DNA of 63,606 nt, counting the filler, from Folioceros fuciformis (Eukaryota), in assembly GCA_049999805.1 (NCBI GenBank). It is 11 parts of 11 records of this genome, joined end to end, with 100 filler letters (N's around TTAATTAATTAA, not from the genome) between each part and the next. Parts side by side here need not be neighbours in the genome. Positions count along the whole stretch, not along the records: positions 59,308 to 63,606 come from JBNGIO010005060.1; 10 more parts are not named here. The stretch is one strand, 5' to 3'. Made by a program: the position numbers and the translations under genes. Below the pieces are notes generated by a model. That model searched no databases, was not told the origin of the DNA, and worked only from the letters and a program-made list of their open reading frames with translations. Below, in pieces: positions 61,270 through 63,606 of the stretch (the stretch's first letter is position 1; each line of letters begins with the position of its first letter).

Positions 61270-61751
61270 TGTGGCGGCTAGACCTCAAGGAGTAGGACTC
61301 TCCAAGCTCCATCCTATAGTGGCCACACTTATCCCACTGTCATTAATATAGAATGGGTTTGTTCCCACCAAAGAGTGGCTGGTGTTTCCAATCTGTAGTG
61401 CATGAGATGACTTCTCTTGACTCCACAACTCCACAACTCTTACATCCGACCCAACAAACTATTTTCCACCCAACTACTGACCTGCTAGTTCTGACCTCGC
61501 GACCCCTAGTCAAGACTCGTCTAGCTGTAGACAGATCAGGTCTGTCAACTCTGACTTGACTACACAACCTCCCACTTCACACTTCTCACGTCTCATAACC
61601 AACTTCCATTCAAATCACTTCTGACCTTGCTAACTCTGTAAAAGTAGGTTAAATTATTATAGCCAGCATTATTATTAATTATATTTATTAGCATATTAAA
61701 TAGGGGCACCAGATAGGAATAGTTAGATTTCTAAAGATGCCCCTAGGGGGG
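61270..61751 (-). mobile_element. Athila-like LTR terminus (minus strand)
   Basis: Reverse complement GGTGGGAACAAACCC...GACAGTGGGATAAGTGTGGCCACTA...GCCGCCACA matches 28345-28452. Confidence 0.65.
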
Positions 61752-63606
61752 TGTGGAGGGATTTCTTGCACCCAAGAACCACCTAAGGGCCACACATCCC
61801 CCTATTGTCGCTGCAGTCCTATGGTTCGCTCCCAAGGGAGTGAATTAGTGCCAAGGAACACTACCTATCACACTTCTACCTATCAGCCGGTCCATAGACC
61901 TGTCCATACACTCACAACAAAAAGGCTAGAAGCCTCGCCTACCCCCTAAGTCAACTCGCCCAACTCACTCCTGTTCTTCAGTCCTTCAGCTCTTCAAGAT
62001 TTCCACTTCAGTCCCTTTCTCCTTCACCTCAGCTCTTCAAGATTCCCACTTCAATCCCTTCCTGGAAATTGGGACACAATGGCTTCACGCCCTGTAGCCT
62101 CCAAGCATAGTGTGGACACTAGGACTGGATAGCCCACTAGCTCACGGTCATGTTCCTCCACTTCAGACAGCCTGCCAATCATTCACCCTTGCGGATCCGG
62201 CCACACGGATCTTGACAGTCTTGGGATCTCCACGTTCCCCTAGTGGCAAGGGAAATCAGAACCTTGGTTCGATCTCAACCGGCTCAGCGCCCTAAGCCAG
62301 GAGTTCCGCACACAAGGTCCGGGGATATCACACCATAGACCCCCCTCTCTCAATGGCAAGCCTCTCCTCTTGTACCCTAACCCTCATCTCTCTCTCTGAC
62401 TTAAACCATCCTACATCCGGTTCTGACCTAAACCTAACCTAGGTCTGACCTAAGCCTAATCTAAGCCTGACCTAGACTTGATCCAGGCCTGACCAAGACC
62501 TGATCTAGGCCTGACCTAGACCTCATTCTGATCGCAGCCTAACCAAAGCCTAACTCTAACCTACCCCTGCACCTAATTGCCCATTACCCCCCTTGGACAC
62601 CGCTGGTTGCCCTCTATCCAACATTGTCAGCCTCTCCCAACTAGCAAGAATCCGGAGTGCTCCTCAACACTCTCCTCTCCTCTCTCAGATCATCCCTTTC
62701 CCTTCGATCATCTTGCAACCCTTCAAAGTCTCCATCTTCTTTCAATCCTGCCACCCCCCATCTTGACCAACCACCCCCCATGCTGCTGATCAAGAGGCCC
62801 ATGACCCGGCCTAGTTGCCCGTATAGTACCCCTGAGGAAGCAAGCTAACAGGAACAAACACAATCCTACTTCTAGAGCACCAGGATATCCGAAGAATTCT
62901 CACTGGTGCAATGAACCACCCCACAACTCAGCCTACTCCCGCTTAGCTTACTCCCTCCTTCAGCGAGGGCACCAGGAACACCACACCGGCCGACACTTCC
63001 ACTGCTTCCACTGATGCTCATTCTTTAGATCCAGAAGGTACTCCTGCAGCGTGTCCGAGAACTGCATGCATTGCATGCTGCCCCGAACCGCTGATGGTTG
63101 AAGGCGCCTCCCACCGCTGCATATGTCCCCCCCATCCGATTGCACACATCGCTACCATGGGGCCCGTATTCTTCCCTGGACACCAGCCCCTGCTTCGCAT
63201 TGCCCCGATTCAGCACCCCTCCACAGCGCTATCAAAGTCCTTTGCCATCACCTGGCTTCGGACCTGGCCGTATGCCGAGCACCTGTGCTGCCTAGATCCG
63301 CCTGCAACCACCCCTGCTAACCGATCAACCCAGCCACCTGCCTGGCTCCAACTGCGACAAGCCGCTTGTCCAGCCTCCAGCAGGCTAACTGCCTGGATCC
63401 AACTGCCAGCCCCTTACCTGGCCTGCCACCCACCTCAATCCAACATGTTCGCCAGCTCGCTGCATTCCAGCCCGCCTGGTCAGCTGGTCTGGATCCTGCG
63501 GCCTGCTGGGATGCGCGGCCTGGATCCTGATCGGACCCTGCCTACTGCCGGGCCGGGAAGGCTGCTGGCTAGGCTCTTCAGCAACCCACCACCAGCCAGC
63601 AGACCT
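61752..63606 (-). mobile_element. Long Athila-like LTR / 3' region (minus strand)
   Basis: Reverse complement ends GTGTGGCCCTTAGGTGGTTCTTGGGTGCAAGAAATCCCTCCACA, near-identical to the PBS-adjacent LTR end at 35792-35835; degenerate ~11-bp repeats at 62420-62560. Confidence 0.75.

Overview
Eukaryotic (plant-type) heterochromatin-like window made almost entirely of nested, decayed LTR retrotransposons and broken by many assembly gaps. It holds at least seven Ty1/copia pieces (several with very short ~150-bp LTRs), a chromodomain-bearing Ty3/gypsy element, an Athila-like gypsy 5' end (tRNA-Asp PBS) whose gag is hit twice by the same ~400-bp LTR family, tandem repeats, and two gene-like relics (3.1-4.2 kb, 13.1-13.4 kb). 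No intact host gene, rRNA, tRNA or CRISPR array is supported. The most interesting signal is a repeat family present five times (8.5-11.0, 45.3-47.0, 47.0-49.5 minus, 49.6-53.0, 59.3-60.7 kb). It carries a TATA box, an accessory ORF of about 850 aa, a conserved multi-hairpin module right after the stop codon, and an array of at least 13 copies of a three-way-junction RNA motif (P1-CGAA-P2-GUG-P3-CCUUA-P1') with compensatory base changes. The unit runs into an Athila-type LTR 3' end with no PPT that I could find, so it may be an ORF plus structured-RNA cassette inside a giant LTR. All alignments and folds were done by eye.
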